Part shown: piece by piece, positions 47,944 through 57,094 of the stretch | Layout of the letters: each line of letters starts with the position of its first letter | Position numbering within the stretch: position 1 is the first letter of the stretch | Origin: a virus | Lineage: Duplodnaviria > Caudoviricetes | DNA length: 64,000 bases | IMG/VR virus record: IMGVR_UViG_3300032007_000036 | Coordinates: 67,443-131,442 of that record | Strand: one strand, 5' to 3' | The notes under the pieces: generated by a model | What the model was told of the DNA's origin: nothing | The model's database searches: none | The model's input: the letters and a program-made list of their open reading frames with translations, nothing else | Made by a program: the position numbers and the translations under genes

Positions 47944-48960
47944 TCATTTCGTATACTCTTTTTCTGGTTTACAAGTCATTACTTTGGATCCTTTTCTGCA
48001 GAACGTTTCGAATTCTGTCATATCGCATCCGTATTTAGGATAGCCTGATAATTCATGGATTTGTATTTCTTTTCTATCCATGTTAGCCATGGCTGTTCCT
48101 ATCCACTTGATAAGATCTTTGGGATTCTTGGCGTGCCAGTCATTGTTCTTGAACGGGCCCCAAGATCCTTCTAGCCACTTCCATTCATCGTCAGTGTCCC
48201 AGTAGATAAGGAACGTGTGAGTTGGGCAATCCATGAACACTCCGTCCTTATCAACCATGAAGAATGTCCTGAACTGAATGTTCTTGGCTCTCTTTAGGTA
48301 CTCTCTACTTATAGCGACTGTATCATAACAATTTCCAACTTCGGCCTTAATAGTTTGTTCTGGAGTACCAAGTCTCCATATAGATTCTACATTTCCTCCC
48401 AACTTTTGAAATTCTTCTTCGTTATGTACAGCTTCGCCAGTATTAGGATTTCGCCAACCGTAATGAATCTTACTGAAGATATTCTTGATTTCTTCTATAG
48501 GAGTGAAGACCCTTTCATATTCCCAGTCGCATGGCTTGCCTACATAATCAGTGTCGGTATCTTTACGATGAACAATAAGAGTATGTTCTTTACCGGCAGA
48601 CACTACTTTAATCATCATTTTGTATTTGAGCTTTACCGGACACGTCACCCACACTTCATGCGTTATGTGTACATCCGGCACCATGTCTTTTGTAGGATAG
48701 ACTATGTTGCTCTTAAGTTTGTCAGGAGATATATCAGGTTCAAATACATAAAAGACTTTTCCTAGTATGTTTCTACCAAGACCAGTCAAACATTTTCCAA
48801 TAGACCTGGCAAACGACACTCTCTTGGTCTCACCGTCTTCAACTCCCCACTTGATAAATTCGTTGTTTGGAACTCTAGGTGTAAGAATCTTACCATTTAG
48901 GTTCTGCTCACTAATGTGATAAAGCCTAGGAACAGAATCTTTACCAAAATTGACTTTCAT
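47944..48960 (-). CDS. Two-domain protein: putative ADP-ribosyltransferase-fold N-domain plus transglutaminase-like C-domain
   Basis: LYHIS...RVSFA...VPD..ITHEVW; GNCYD...THTFL...WLE (Cys-His-Glu). Confidence 0.55.
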   Translation of the reverse strand: MKVNFGKDSVPRLYHISEQNLNGKILTPRVPNNEFIKWGVEDGETKRVSFARSIGKCLTGLGRNILGKVFYVFEPDISPDKLKSNIVYPTKDMVPDVHITHEVWVTCPVKLKYKMMIKVVSAGKEHTLIVHRKDTDTDYVGKPCDWEYERVFTPIEEIKNIFSKIHYGWRNPNTGEAVHNEEEFQKLGGNVESIWRLGTPEQTIKAEVGNCYDTVAISREYLKRAKNIQFRTFFMVDKDGVFMDCPTHTFLIYWDTDDEWKWLEGSWGPFKNNDWHAKNPKDLIKWIGTAMANMDRKEIQIHELSGYPKYGCDMTEFETFCRKGSKVMTCKPEKEYTK

Positions 48961-49044
48961 TGATGATCCTCCTTATGAAATTGTCCTAAACACAAAAAAG
49001 AAATCCCCGCTGGAAGCGGGGCTCTTTTGTTGTGAAGATGTTTG

Positions 49045-49761
49045 CTAGACAATCTTCACGTAGCGGACACCTGCCGATCGCGCGGCACTTACCGAAACAA
49101 GATCTCCAGGCTTGATTCCAGGGATCAACTTCTCGACGCGACTCGGCATGACAGGGTCTCCGGGGTGGAACGTAGCCAGGATCGGCTTGTGCTCCACCAT
49201 GTTGCCGTTGGAGTCGCGCTCAGCGAGCTCGACTATCGCGACCGCGAAGTCGACCGGAACACCTGGCCGGCGGAGAGCATTAAGACCGCTCGAGTCCCAC
49301 TTGTAGTGAAGCTCAATGTGCCCGGTTTGCTTAGGGTCTGCCGCGACAAGATCGATCGTGTCGTCGAAGCGGCCACGATCTGCATCCAGATCTAGGACAC
49401 CGACAACGCACGGAATCCCGTACCCACCGCTGTGGGACTGTGCCCACGACGTCAAATCAATCTTGAAAGCTTCGCAACCTTCAAGAAGATTGGGGCAGTC
49501 GGGATAGGCTTTCCAGCCTTCAATGTTGTCTGCGAAGAGCCGGTGTGCCGGCGACTCGATCACGCCGTCGCTCTTGCGCGTTAGGAATTCCTTCGTAAAG
49601 AAGCTTCCCGCCTGGTCAGGGTGTCCCTCCGTCCTCTGACGGTTCATGGTCGTCAAGTACGACGGACCGTCGGGCCCTTTGAGGTGCAGCAGACGTGCAT
49701 TCACGCCCGCGAGTGCGAGCTTCTCGGGGACGCTCAGCGCGTCCCATGCCTTCTTGTCCAT
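49045..49761 (-). CDS. Hypothetical protein
   Basis: Start reassigned to MDKKAW at 49761 (AGGAGG SD); GC-richer than its neighbours. Confidence 0.75.
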   Translation of the reverse strand: MDKKAWDALSVPEKLALAGVNARLLHLKGPDGPSYLTTMNRQRTEGHPDQAGSFFTKEFLTRKSDGVIESPAHRLFADNIEGWKAYPDCPNLLEGCEAFKIDLTSWAQSHSGGYGIPCVVGVLDLDADRGRFDDTIDLVAADPKQTGHIELHYKWDSSGLNALRRPGVPVDFAVAIVELAERDSNGNMVEHKPILATFHPGDPVMPSRVEKLIPGIKPGDLVSVSAARSAGVRYVKIV

Positions 49762-49861
49762 ACTTCCTCCTTTCTGCCATTTGGCTTTGATCGACGGACC
49801 CATTTCCGCCAATCGGATGTATAGACTACATTAATAATACATATTTAAAAAAATATGAAAT

Positions 49862-49899
49862 GCACCAACACTCGGGCGCATGCGCCCGAGTGTTGGTGC
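49862..49899. repeat. Perfect 38-bp palindrome (terminator position)
   Basis: GCACCAACACTCGGGCGCA|TGCGCCCGAGTGTTGGTGC. Confidence 0.9.
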
Positions 49900-49923
49900 T
49901 GAGGACGAGTGTTGGTACTGGGA

Positions 49924-50223
49924 TTAGATTACATCCCAGTCCTCCGACGCCTCAGCGTCGACATCCCATTCCTCAATTTCGGTAACCGTGCCGTCGTCAT
50001 GCCTGTGGCGAGGACGACAATCTTTATCCAGTCGTACGACGAACGCACCTCCTGGTATTGTCGCTTCCTCTTCAGAGGCCCCGTCGTCCATAAAGTCGAC
50101 GTCCACGACGTCTTTGAAACCAATAACGGTCCCGCACAACGGCGGTTTCCCGTCAAAGGCGAAATTCCGCTTTACGCGGTTGCCGACCTTGAGGGTCGGG
50201 AAGATTTCAGAATTGTCTTTCAT
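49924..50223 (-). CDS. Small acidic protein, possibly SH3-like
   Basis: 99 aa; LKVGNRVK..GTVIG..VVRLD pattern. Confidence 0.7.
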   Translation of the reverse strand: MKDNSEIFPTLKVGNRVKRNFAFDGKPPLCGTVIGFKDVVDVDFMDDGASEEEATIPGGAFVVRLDKDCRPRHRHDDGTVTEIEEWDVDAEASEDWDVI

Positions 50224-50237
50224 TGTTGTTTTCCTTT

Positions 50238-50289
50238 TTGTGGTTATAGACTACAGATGTAATTAATACACAACTTTACTTCAACTACA
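50238..50289 (-). promoter_or_regulatory. Dispersed promoter/leader cassette, copy 2
   Basis: TGTAG-N16-TATTAATTACATCTGTAGTCTATAACCACAA. Confidence 0.75.
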
Positions 50290-50350
50290 AAAAGAAACCG
50301 CACTGGAATGTGCGGCTCTTCCTCCACCCTTGCAGGTGGAGTAACCGGTG

Positions 50351-51091
50351 TCAGTCCGTCCACGGACCGCACCAGTCGTTGCGGAACCCATTCTCCGTGA
50401 GCACGATGTGATCGTGCCCAGGATCATAAGGTCCCTTAGGCTCTGCCTCAGCGTGGTGAGCGCCAAGCACATTGAGCACCTCAGCGGCCTTCTCCTCAGT
50501 GATAGAGGAAGCGAAGCGATAATGATCGCTGCCCCTTCCACCGTAGTTGGAAGACTTGGTCTCTTTCCTGATCTCAATCAGGTCAAGACCCAGCGCCTTG
50601 CACTTGGCTTTCATCTCATCCCATCCTGAAGTCGGATCCTGATTTCTGTACCATCTAAGCTTCTGCTCGCACGAAGCATCGACCGCCCTGCACACATTCT
50701 CGAGCACTTCATCTTTGTGCCAAGAAATGTACTCGTCGAGCGCGGCGATGCGATCTGCGACCTTGCCTCTCGGTCCGTCGAATACCAAGACTGCAACCTT
50801 GGCATTGTTCTGGAAATCAGCCATCATGGAAGGAGGAACAAAGATGTCTCCATAACTGGTGGCCACGAATCCGTAGGCCTGCTCAACGCCCTGTTTCTTG
50901 GCGCGAAGTACCTTGCCGGCCACAGCTCCTTTAGGAAGCATCTTGGAGATGTAGTAGAAGTCGTCACCCATTTCGCTGAGGAAAGCTTGAGCTTCCTCAA
51001 GCGAGCACTTCTTCTGGAGTGATTCCAACTCAGCCGCGTGGGCGGCAACCTTTTCGGAGACCGTGGTGTCATTGAGTATTGTCGTTGTCAT
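50351..51091 (-). CDS. Protein with an internal cold-shock/OB-like domain
   Basis: AYGFV....GDIFV...V.V...DGPRG..A..I matches CSD RNP1/RNP2 spacing. Confidence 0.6.
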   Translation of the reverse strand: MTTTILNDTTVSEKVAAHAAELESLQKKCSLEEAQAFLSEMGDDFYYISKMLPKGAVAGKVLRAKKQGVEQAYGFVATSYGDIFVPPSMMADFQNNAKVAVLVFDGPRGKVADRIAALDEYISWHKDEVLENVCRAVDASCEQKLRWYRNQDPTSGWDEMKAKCKALGLDLIEIRKETKSSNYGGRGSDHYRFASSITEEKAAEVLNVLGAHHAEAEPKGPYDPGHDHIVLTENGFRNDWCGPWTD

Positions 51092-51103
51092 TGTTGTTTC
51101 CTT

Positions 51104-51156
51104 TTTGTGGTTAAAGACTACATCTGTAATTTATATCCAGACAGCATTCAACTACA
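51104..51156 (-). promoter_or_regulatory. Dispersed promoter/leader cassette, copy 3
   Basis: TGTAG-N16-TATAAATTACAGATGTAGTCTTTAACCACAA. Confidence 0.75.
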
Positions 51157-51219
51157 AAAAAGAATTCCCTACCCTGATGCGGACAATCCGCATCAGGGTA
51201 GGTTATTATCCAACACACT

Positions 51220-51798
51220 TTAATCTTTGTTCTTGCGAGGTGCAATAGTCGACACCATGAACCTGTCGCAGTCGAATGCGAACTTAAACAAGTCCGCCGG
51301 GAACTCAGCTGAAACTCCATACGGGTTCTGAAGAGTATCGGCATCGTAGAACATAGCCAGAGGAGCGAGCTCGATGAACCTGAAGACGTCCTTGGACTTG
51401 GGCATCTTGATTTCGGTGAACTCAGGCTCGAACCCTGCGTAACTGAATCCCCTAAGAATAGTTTTCGCGTCGTTGAACATACCCTCATCGGTGATAGTCC
51501 AAGTCGGAGGCGTGAGTTCCTCAGGCTCAATGCCACTGACGTCGTAAGCCTTGACGTTGAGAACGAGACTGCCACCAACGTCGTGCTTCCTTCTGAGAAG
51601 CATCTTGACAGGAATTCCCTTATCGAAGTCGGAGACATACACGGTGAGTGTCTTCTCTTCGTAGTCGTAAGCTGCTGACAGACCAGGGATCCGGTCGATC
51701 ATCGCTTTGATGCGGTTAGCAGCAAGAGTCACCGGATTAGCCAGATCCAGCTTCTTGTTCTGCTGATTGCATTGATTGTTGTTCTTTTTGGTTGCCAT
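51220..51798 (-). CDS. Hypothetical protein
   Basis: 192 aa, followed by a long terminator hairpin at ~51168-51202. Confidence 0.75.
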   Translation of the reverse strand: MATKKNNNQCNQQNKKLDLANPVTLAANRIKAMIDRIPGLSAAYDYEEKTLTVYVSDFDKGIPVKMLLRRKHDVGGSLVLNVKAYDVSGIEPEELTPPTWTITDEGMFNDAKTILRGFSYAGFEPEFTEIKMPKSKDVFRFIELAPLAMFYDADTLQNPYGVSAEFPADLFKFAFDCDRFMVSTIAPRKNKD

Positions 51799-51894
51799 AT
51801 GGTTATAACCCTTCTGAGTTCGTTTGAACTCATATAGTTTCTAAAAATAATCAAAAAAGATGACACCCACTAGTGGCGCCATCTTTTCAGTCTG

Positions 51895-52428
51895 CTAGAT
51901 CTGAGTCCAGCAGATGAAGTTCCATCTTAACCTACGACCTCTACGGTCACGATCAAGTTCCTCTTCCGTGAGGAAGATCTTCTCGAACACTGGAACCCAG
52001 ATCTTGGTATACTTGTACGCAATGTCGAACTCTTCCTGGGAGACTTTGTCATCCAGGAGACCTCTTAAGTACTCGTTGCGAGCAGCGACAATTGTAGCTA
52101 GCGTACCAGGAGCTTTATGTCTGACAATGCAGAACACATCGATGGAATCATCGGCATCAGTGTCGTCTTCGACGCGCTTGCTAATGCCTTTGACTATCCT
52201 TCTCCAGATTTCCACGTTCTGTTTGCGGTTGTGAGTGTCGTCTGTGTCCAAGTTCCAGGTAACTCCTAACGGATACTTGAACCAGTTGCACACACCGTAC
52301 CTCCCTCCGGAATCACATCCTGGAAGGAAGCGAATTACGTCTTTGTTAGGCGGTAGGTCTTTGGTATCTTCTTCTGGTGCGAGATCGAAAATGTGAATCA
52401 TAGTCAATAATCTCCTTCTTGTTGACAT
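51895..52428 (-). CDS. Hypothetical protein
   Basis: 177 aa; true start may be slightly downstream, after AAGGAG. Confidence 0.65.
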   Translation of the reverse strand: MSTRRRLLTMIHIFDLAPEEDTKDLPPNKDVIRFLPGCDSGGRYGVCNWFKYPLGVTWNLDTDDTHNRKQNVEIWRRIVKGISKRVEDDTDADDSIDVFCIVRHKAPGTLATIVAARNEYLRGLLDDKVSQEEFDIAYKYTKIWVPVFEKIFLTEEELDRDRRGRRLRWNFICWTQI

Positions 52429-52713
52429 TTAGCAGCAGAACACATCAAGGTCTGCAAATGAGCGAAGAGTCGTTTCAGTACGACGCTTCTTGGTCGAGTT
52501 GAGTTTTCCTTTCGTTTGTTTGGGTGATTGTGATGGAGTAGTTGTCCTATTGAACGGATCTACTCCTTGGTAACGCTCACGGAACTTTTCAGATTGAGTC
52601 TTACCGTTACCTTGGCGCAGTTTAATAGGCGGACGTTGTTCCGCCTGGTAGCAAGCGAAGAACAGTTTGGTGTCGTCGCTCGCCTTAGGCTTTCTCTTGA
52701 GGAAGTTGAACAT
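52429..52713 (-). CDS. Small basic hypothetical protein
   Basis: MFNFLKRK start with GGAG SD. Confidence 0.6.
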   Translation of the reverse strand: MFNFLKRKPKASDDTKLFFACYQAEQRPPIKLRQGNGKTQSEKFRERYQGVDPFNRTTTPSQSPKQTKGKLNSTKKRRTETTLRSFADLDVFCC

Positions 52714-52744
52714 AGTAGTTCTCCAAGAACCAGATATGACGCCG

Positions 52745-52903
52745 TTATAGCGTAATCTCCGGCTCAAATGAATCAGGCTTCTCTACGCCACAGCAAGAAC
52801 ATTTGGTGACGAAGTAGCTGCCACCTAGCCCACCGTAGCAATATCGCTGCCAGTTGTGATGTTTTCTGATCTTGCAGATCAGCTTGCGTATCCACTGAAT
52901 CAT
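52745..52903 (-). CDS. 52-aa Cys/His-rich small protein (not in ORF track)
   Basis: MIQWIRKLICKIRKHHNW...KCSCCG; AAGGA upstream. Confidence 0.5.
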   Translation of the reverse strand: MIQWIRKLICKIRKHHNWQRYCYGGLGGSYFVTKCSCCGVEKPDSFEPEITL

Positions 52904-53067
52904 TGTGGATCATCCTTTCCTTGTTGCTACCAAAACGTCATAGAGTCTGTGAAGATTGGTCTCGATCCGAACGCGACATACTTTCGTATGTCGCATCCGA
53001 ATGAGATGTAGAACTTGTCAGGCCCTACCCCTATGAATTCAATTGGCATTGCTGCCCTCATCTATCA

Positions 53068-53568
53068 CTAGACAATGTGTTCTACGTTGACCATATCGGC
53101 TTGCAGAGAAGCCTCAACACAGTCTGCCAGAAGCAGTCCTGTAGATTCGGCTACTCTGCGGATATCGTCACGGTTGACCCACATGAGTCCACCGCACTTT
53201 TCAGGCTCTTCATTCCGAGCTTGATACCAGATGCTATCTGGATAGCACTCCTGGCTGTCAACATGGAAGACAAATGTCTCGACGTTGACTAGTGTACCAT
53301 CGAAGTCGTAGGTCTTCTTGAACTGTGTCCTGAGGTTGACATGAGCTTCGTTGATCATAGTGTCCTGTAGCTTGACACCTAACTCCTCCCACATCTCACG
53401 GCATAACGCATTGAAGAGGAATTCATCCTTGTGGACTTTACCTATAGGAAGAGTAAGCATGTGGTGCTTTAGGTTGATGCTCAAGAGCCACTTCTTCTCG
53501 TGAGTTGCGAGCAGAGCTACTGTGCGATGGTCAACCTTGTCTTCGGCATTGAACTGTTGTTCTTTCAT
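53068..53568 (-). CDS. NUDIX hydrolase
   Basis: LPIGKVHKDE....ALCREMWEELG Nudix box; NEEPEKC..L.W; start at MKEQQ with AAGGAG SD. Confidence 0.85.
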   Translation of the reverse strand: MKEQQFNAEDKVDHRTVALLATHEKKWLLSINLKHHMLTLPIGKVHKDEFLFNALCREMWEELGVKLQDTMINEAHVNLRTQFKKTYDFDGTLVNVETFVFHVDSQECYPDSIWYQARNEEPEKCGGLMWVNRDDIRRVAESTGLLLADCVEASLQADMVNVEHIV

Positions 53569-53821
53569 CTGTTTCTCCTTTGTAGTCAGGATCCTTTTTG
53601 TAGATCCCTTTTGTCCAGTAGGACGAGTTTTTGTCTTGTTTCCAGTGAGTCTTACCACAGTACCACTGACCACTGCCAACGAATCCATGTGTAGGAAGTG
53701 CTCCCAGCATGAATCCATGGCAGTGCTTTCCACATACAGGACAAGTGAAGAACTTCCTCCACTTCTCGTACTCCTCTTGTTCAGCTCTCCAATCTCTTTT
53801 TGGTTTGAGTATTGACATCAT
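53531..53821 (-). CDS. Small Zn-finger protein
   Basis: CPVCG..C and YC motifs; 96 aa. Confidence 0.55.
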   Translation of the reverse strand: MMSILKPKRDWRAEQEEYEKWRKFFTCPVCGKHCHGFMLGALPTHGFVGSGQWYCGKTHWKQDKNSSYWTKGIYKKDPDYKGETDERTTVQCRRQG

Positions 53822-53831
53822 TTAATCCTTC

Positions 53832-54230
53832 CTAGGTTTCCTTTCTTTTGGTTGTTACCCCTTCAGCACGGATGATGAAGTAGTAAGGTGTTCTGTAGAC
53901 AAGGAACCTAGTTGCAGAGAGGTTCTCGTGTAACTTGCCCTTACCGTTGCTGAAAACAACGATGGAATCGCAACTTGGGTTGTGCCTCCATTCAAGAGGC
54001 AGAATCGGATAGTAATCATCAAGGTGCAATGCCTTGAGATAGTTAACCGCACCGGATACCTTTCGGTACAGCTTGCACACATCTTCTTGGATAAAACCGA
54101 AGTCCGATCCCAGTCTGGAATCACACAGATACTTGAATTTCTCAAGTAGTCCGTCTCCTGTTTTGGATTTGAGGATAGTGTCGCACCAGCTCATCTGTAG
54201 CTTGTGGATCTTGTATGGTCGTTTGCCCAT
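53832..54230 (-). CDS. Hypothetical protein
   Basis: 132 aa, AAGGA SD, CATAAATTAC upstream. Confidence 0.7.
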   Translation of the reverse strand: MGKRPYKIHKLQMSWCDTILKSKTGDGLLEKFKYLCDSRLGSDFGFIQEDVCKLYRKVSGAVNYLKALHLDDYYPILPLEWRHNPSCDSIVVFSNGKGKLHENLSATRFLVYRTPYYFIIRAEGVTTKRKET

Positions 54231-54357
54231 GGAACTATTCCTTGTTAATGGGTTGTTGATAAGTCTCTCAAGTAATTTATGTATAAATGTAAAATGAAAA
54301 AAGAACGAACTCTACGCACAGCAACCGCGATTGGTTGCTGTGCGTAGGTGTTGCATG

Positions 54358-54819
54358 TTAGGGTTCTGGGGTATCAACCTGAGTTCCGTTGAGAGCACTC
54401 TTCATAGCGAACAGTACATCCCATAGGTCTGTGACGGTGAGATTGTCCTTGTCAGGTAGAAGCACAGATGACGCTGCTCCGACCTTAGCTTCGAGTTCAG
54501 TGCATCTAGTCTTGAGAGCTTCAACGTCTGCTGAGTAATTACCGTTCATGGCTTTCCATGAAGGAGCTTCTCCGTTATCACTGACATACCTGTAAGCCGT
54601 GTATGTAGTGTTAGCGACATCAACAGTCTTTATCACTGCAAGGCTGCCAACTTTAACAGTCTTACCGGCGGTGATACGTGCCAGAACTGCAGAATCCGTT
54701 TCATCCTGCTTCCGCGTACCTTCAAAATAGGGTATTTTACTACCAAGAAGTTCATCAACCTCTTGTGTCGAATACACTTCTGTCGACGCAGCAGTCATGC
54801 TGCCTAGCTTACTGGCCAT
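54358..54819 (-). CDS. Probable virion/fibre-associated protein
   Basis: 153 aa, YS.QEVDELL motif and short coiled coil, ATTTTATG upstream. Confidence 0.65.
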   Translation of the reverse strand: MASKLGSMTAASTEVYSTQEVDELLGSKIPYFEGTRKQDETDSAVLARITAGKTVKVGSLAVIKTVDVANTTYTAYRYVSDNGEAPSWKAMNGNYSADVEALKTRCTELEAKVGAASSVLLPDKDNLTVTDLWDVLFAMKSALNGTQVDTPEP

Positions 54820-54923
54820 GCTAAGTTACCTTTCTGGAAAAAATTAACAGCATAAAATTGTCGAGACTAGCTAGAGGTGCGGTTTGTACGCACCTCTAGC
54901 TAGCTTAGCAAGAATGTTTGTTC

Positions 54924-55823
54924 TTAGTCACCAACTTCGACTTTGCAAACACGAGCGAGACGGTAGAGCGCACGCTTGGCGGCTAGGAAGTTATTTTCCA
55001 GAGCACCAATCGTGAAGAACCAGCCTCCATCGTAGTCGTAGATGGAGCAGCAGCCGTACATGAAAATGTGCCACAACTCCTTCATACCCAACGGAAGCTT
55101 GCCAGTGTGATCTACACGTAATTTGTCCGAAGCAAAGTCGCAGAGAGTGTTGTTCGCTGCGTACATTGCCTTGGTGAACTGACCGATCTTTCCTGAATCT
55201 TCAACGAACTCTCTCCAACTGTCAAAGATAGGCGCGAAGTCATTTGGATTTGTGTAGCCAAGTTGTTTGTATGTCTTGCCCTTGGAATCGTTGTTCCAAA
55301 TGTCTACAGTGTGATCTGTTGCGCCGCACTTGGCAAAGTACGTGTTGTCAGAGTACATTGCAACCACATGGACAGGATTAGTCTTCTGAGACTTGATGGT
55401 CTTGGCCATATCGAGACACTTCTTGTTGAACTCGGCAAGTTTACCGACTTCCTTTCCACGGAGGAACTCTGCCACATCCTTATCTGAGATCGACATCATC
55501 TTCTTGAACATAGGAATAACCTGTGAGTTCAAGAATGAAGTAGCTCCAGGAATAGCAGTGAGGAAATTAGCAAACTCTTGCTTGCTGTACATCGGATAGC
55601 CAGCTTCGCGATCACTCATATCGGCGAAGGCTTCCATATCAGCATTGCCCAACGCAGCTACTATCTTCTTGCAGTCTGCTGCTTTCAATAAGTCAGAGGC
55701 GTTGGATTTCATCCTGTCTTTGACATCCTTCAACCAAGATATCAGACCTTCCTGACCAGGAGAAACAAACTCCCTGCGTGTGGGATACTTTTTCTCCAGA
55801 TCAAGGGAATTTAGTTTAACCAT
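54924..55823 (-). CDS. Inner head protein paralogue (short propeptide)
   Basis: PGQEG followed by LISWLKDVKDRM; TYKQLGY motif shared with other paralogues. Confidence 0.65.
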   Translation of the reverse strand: MVKLNSLDLEKKYPTRREFVSPGQEGLISWLKDVKDRMKSNASDLLKAADCKKIVAALGNADMEAFADMSDREAGYPMYSKQEFANFLTAIPGATSFLNSQVIPMFKKMMSISDKDVAEFLRGKEVGKLAEFNKKCLDMAKTIKSQKTNPVHVVAMYSDNTYFAKCGATDHTVDIWNNDSKGKTYKQLGYTNPNDFAPIFDSWREFVEDSGKIGQFTKAMYAANNTLCDFASDKLRVDHTGKLPLGMKELWHIFMYGCCSIYDYDGGWFFTIGALENNFLAAKRALYRLARVCKVEVGD

Positions 55824-55912
55824 AGGTTGGCATTCCGTAATCTTCTCGTGAAAATAATTGACACAGACTACCCCGAGAATTGAGGAGGATAGACTGTCTG
55901 TGCTTCAAGCAC

Positions 55913-56992
55913 TTACTGTTGTTCTATCAAACACGCCTGACATACACGCATAGCGGTAGTCCAAGACATGTCGAAAGCTTTCGTGTAGATGTTGACCATC
56001 TGGGCAACAAGAGAGGCATACTTGACAAGTGCCGCACACACGTACGGATCCTTGGTGCAGTAGTCCGTCGAAATACGACGAACCTCATCCATGATGTCGA
56101 CCGTGATCTGGTACAGAGCCCTGAAGTCTCTGCTTATTCCCTCAGCGTTCTTGAGAACGAGAGATTCCTTCACCTGATCGACATCAGTCCATCCTGCCTC
56201 AAGTAGAGTCTGACTCATCTCAAGTTTGTTGAACCTTTCGCTAGGCACAACCTTAACCAGACCCTCGATACCGTTAACATCCGGTTCCCCGAAAGTCAAC
56301 TCTACCAAGTTCCTGGCCTTGAGATACTTCATCATCTCACCTTCGTGGAGCATTTCAGTGAGGTTCTTGAGTTCGGCTTTGATCCCATCGTCATTTGACT
56401 TCGAGAAGTTCCTCCTCATCCTACCTAGAACCTGAAGCCAAGCCTGTAACGCCTTTACCTGGTTCCTGCTACCATCCACTATAGGGTTGCCGATCTCGCA
56501 GTAGTCTCCATAAGTCATGACAACCATGCGCATGGAGGTATCGATCTCTACGAACTTGCTAGTGTCTATACTCTTGTTCACTCTGAGTTTTTTGATAAAG
56601 AAGTCGAATAGTCCAGTCGAGTACTGTTTGACAGTGCTCGTCATGGTCTGAACGAACGTCGTGATTTTCTTGGCGTAATCATCGACTGCTCCTTCGAGCC
56701 CTGAGTGAATGTCGTGAAGAGAGTAGTCCTTGTTACTTGCGATGACCGAGTTGACGACGCTTCGAACCTCAGCAGAACTAGATGCTATCTGCTCCAGCGA
56801 TAAACAACCAACAGTGGCAAGCCTGTCAATTCTCTTCTGTGCAAGTTTGCAATTGACCATTGCGGTACAGTCATTCCTGAGCGATGTGTGCATCGCAGGC
56901 AACGACTGCCGCAGTTTGACAAGGTCCTCTTCGATGAGTCCCATGTCTCGCAGCGACTCCGTAGAAGCCGATGCATTGAAACTAATAGCCAT
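55913..56992 (-). CDS. Inner head protein paralogue
   Basis: STES, SLEQ and SGLEG sites; TLLEAGW motif; ATTTTATG upstream. Confidence 0.7.
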   Translation of the reverse strand: MAISFNASASTESLRDMGLIEEDLVKLRQSLPAMHTSLRNDCTAMVNCKLAQKRIDRLATVGCLSLEQIASSSAEVRSVVNSVIASNKDYSLHDIHSGLEGAVDDYAKKITTFVQTMTSTVKQYSTGLFDFFIKKLRVNKSIDTSKFVEIDTSMRMVVMTYGDYCEIGNPIVDGSRNQVKALQAWLQVLGRMRRNFSKSNDDGIKAELKNLTEMLHEGEMMKYLKARNLVELTFGEPDVNGIEGLVKVVPSERFNKLEMSQTLLEAGWTDVDQVKESLVLKNAEGISRDFRALYQITVDIMDEVRRISTDYCTKDPYVCAALVKYASLVAQMVNIYTKAFDMSWTTAMRVCQACLIEQQ

Positions 56993-57094
56993 TTATGAAC
57001 TCCTTAATTCAACAATTTCATAAAATTGCTAAGTGCGTTAAGGACAAAAAGAAGATCCCCTTGCGGGAACCTTCCTTCTGACCTCAAGGTCTTG

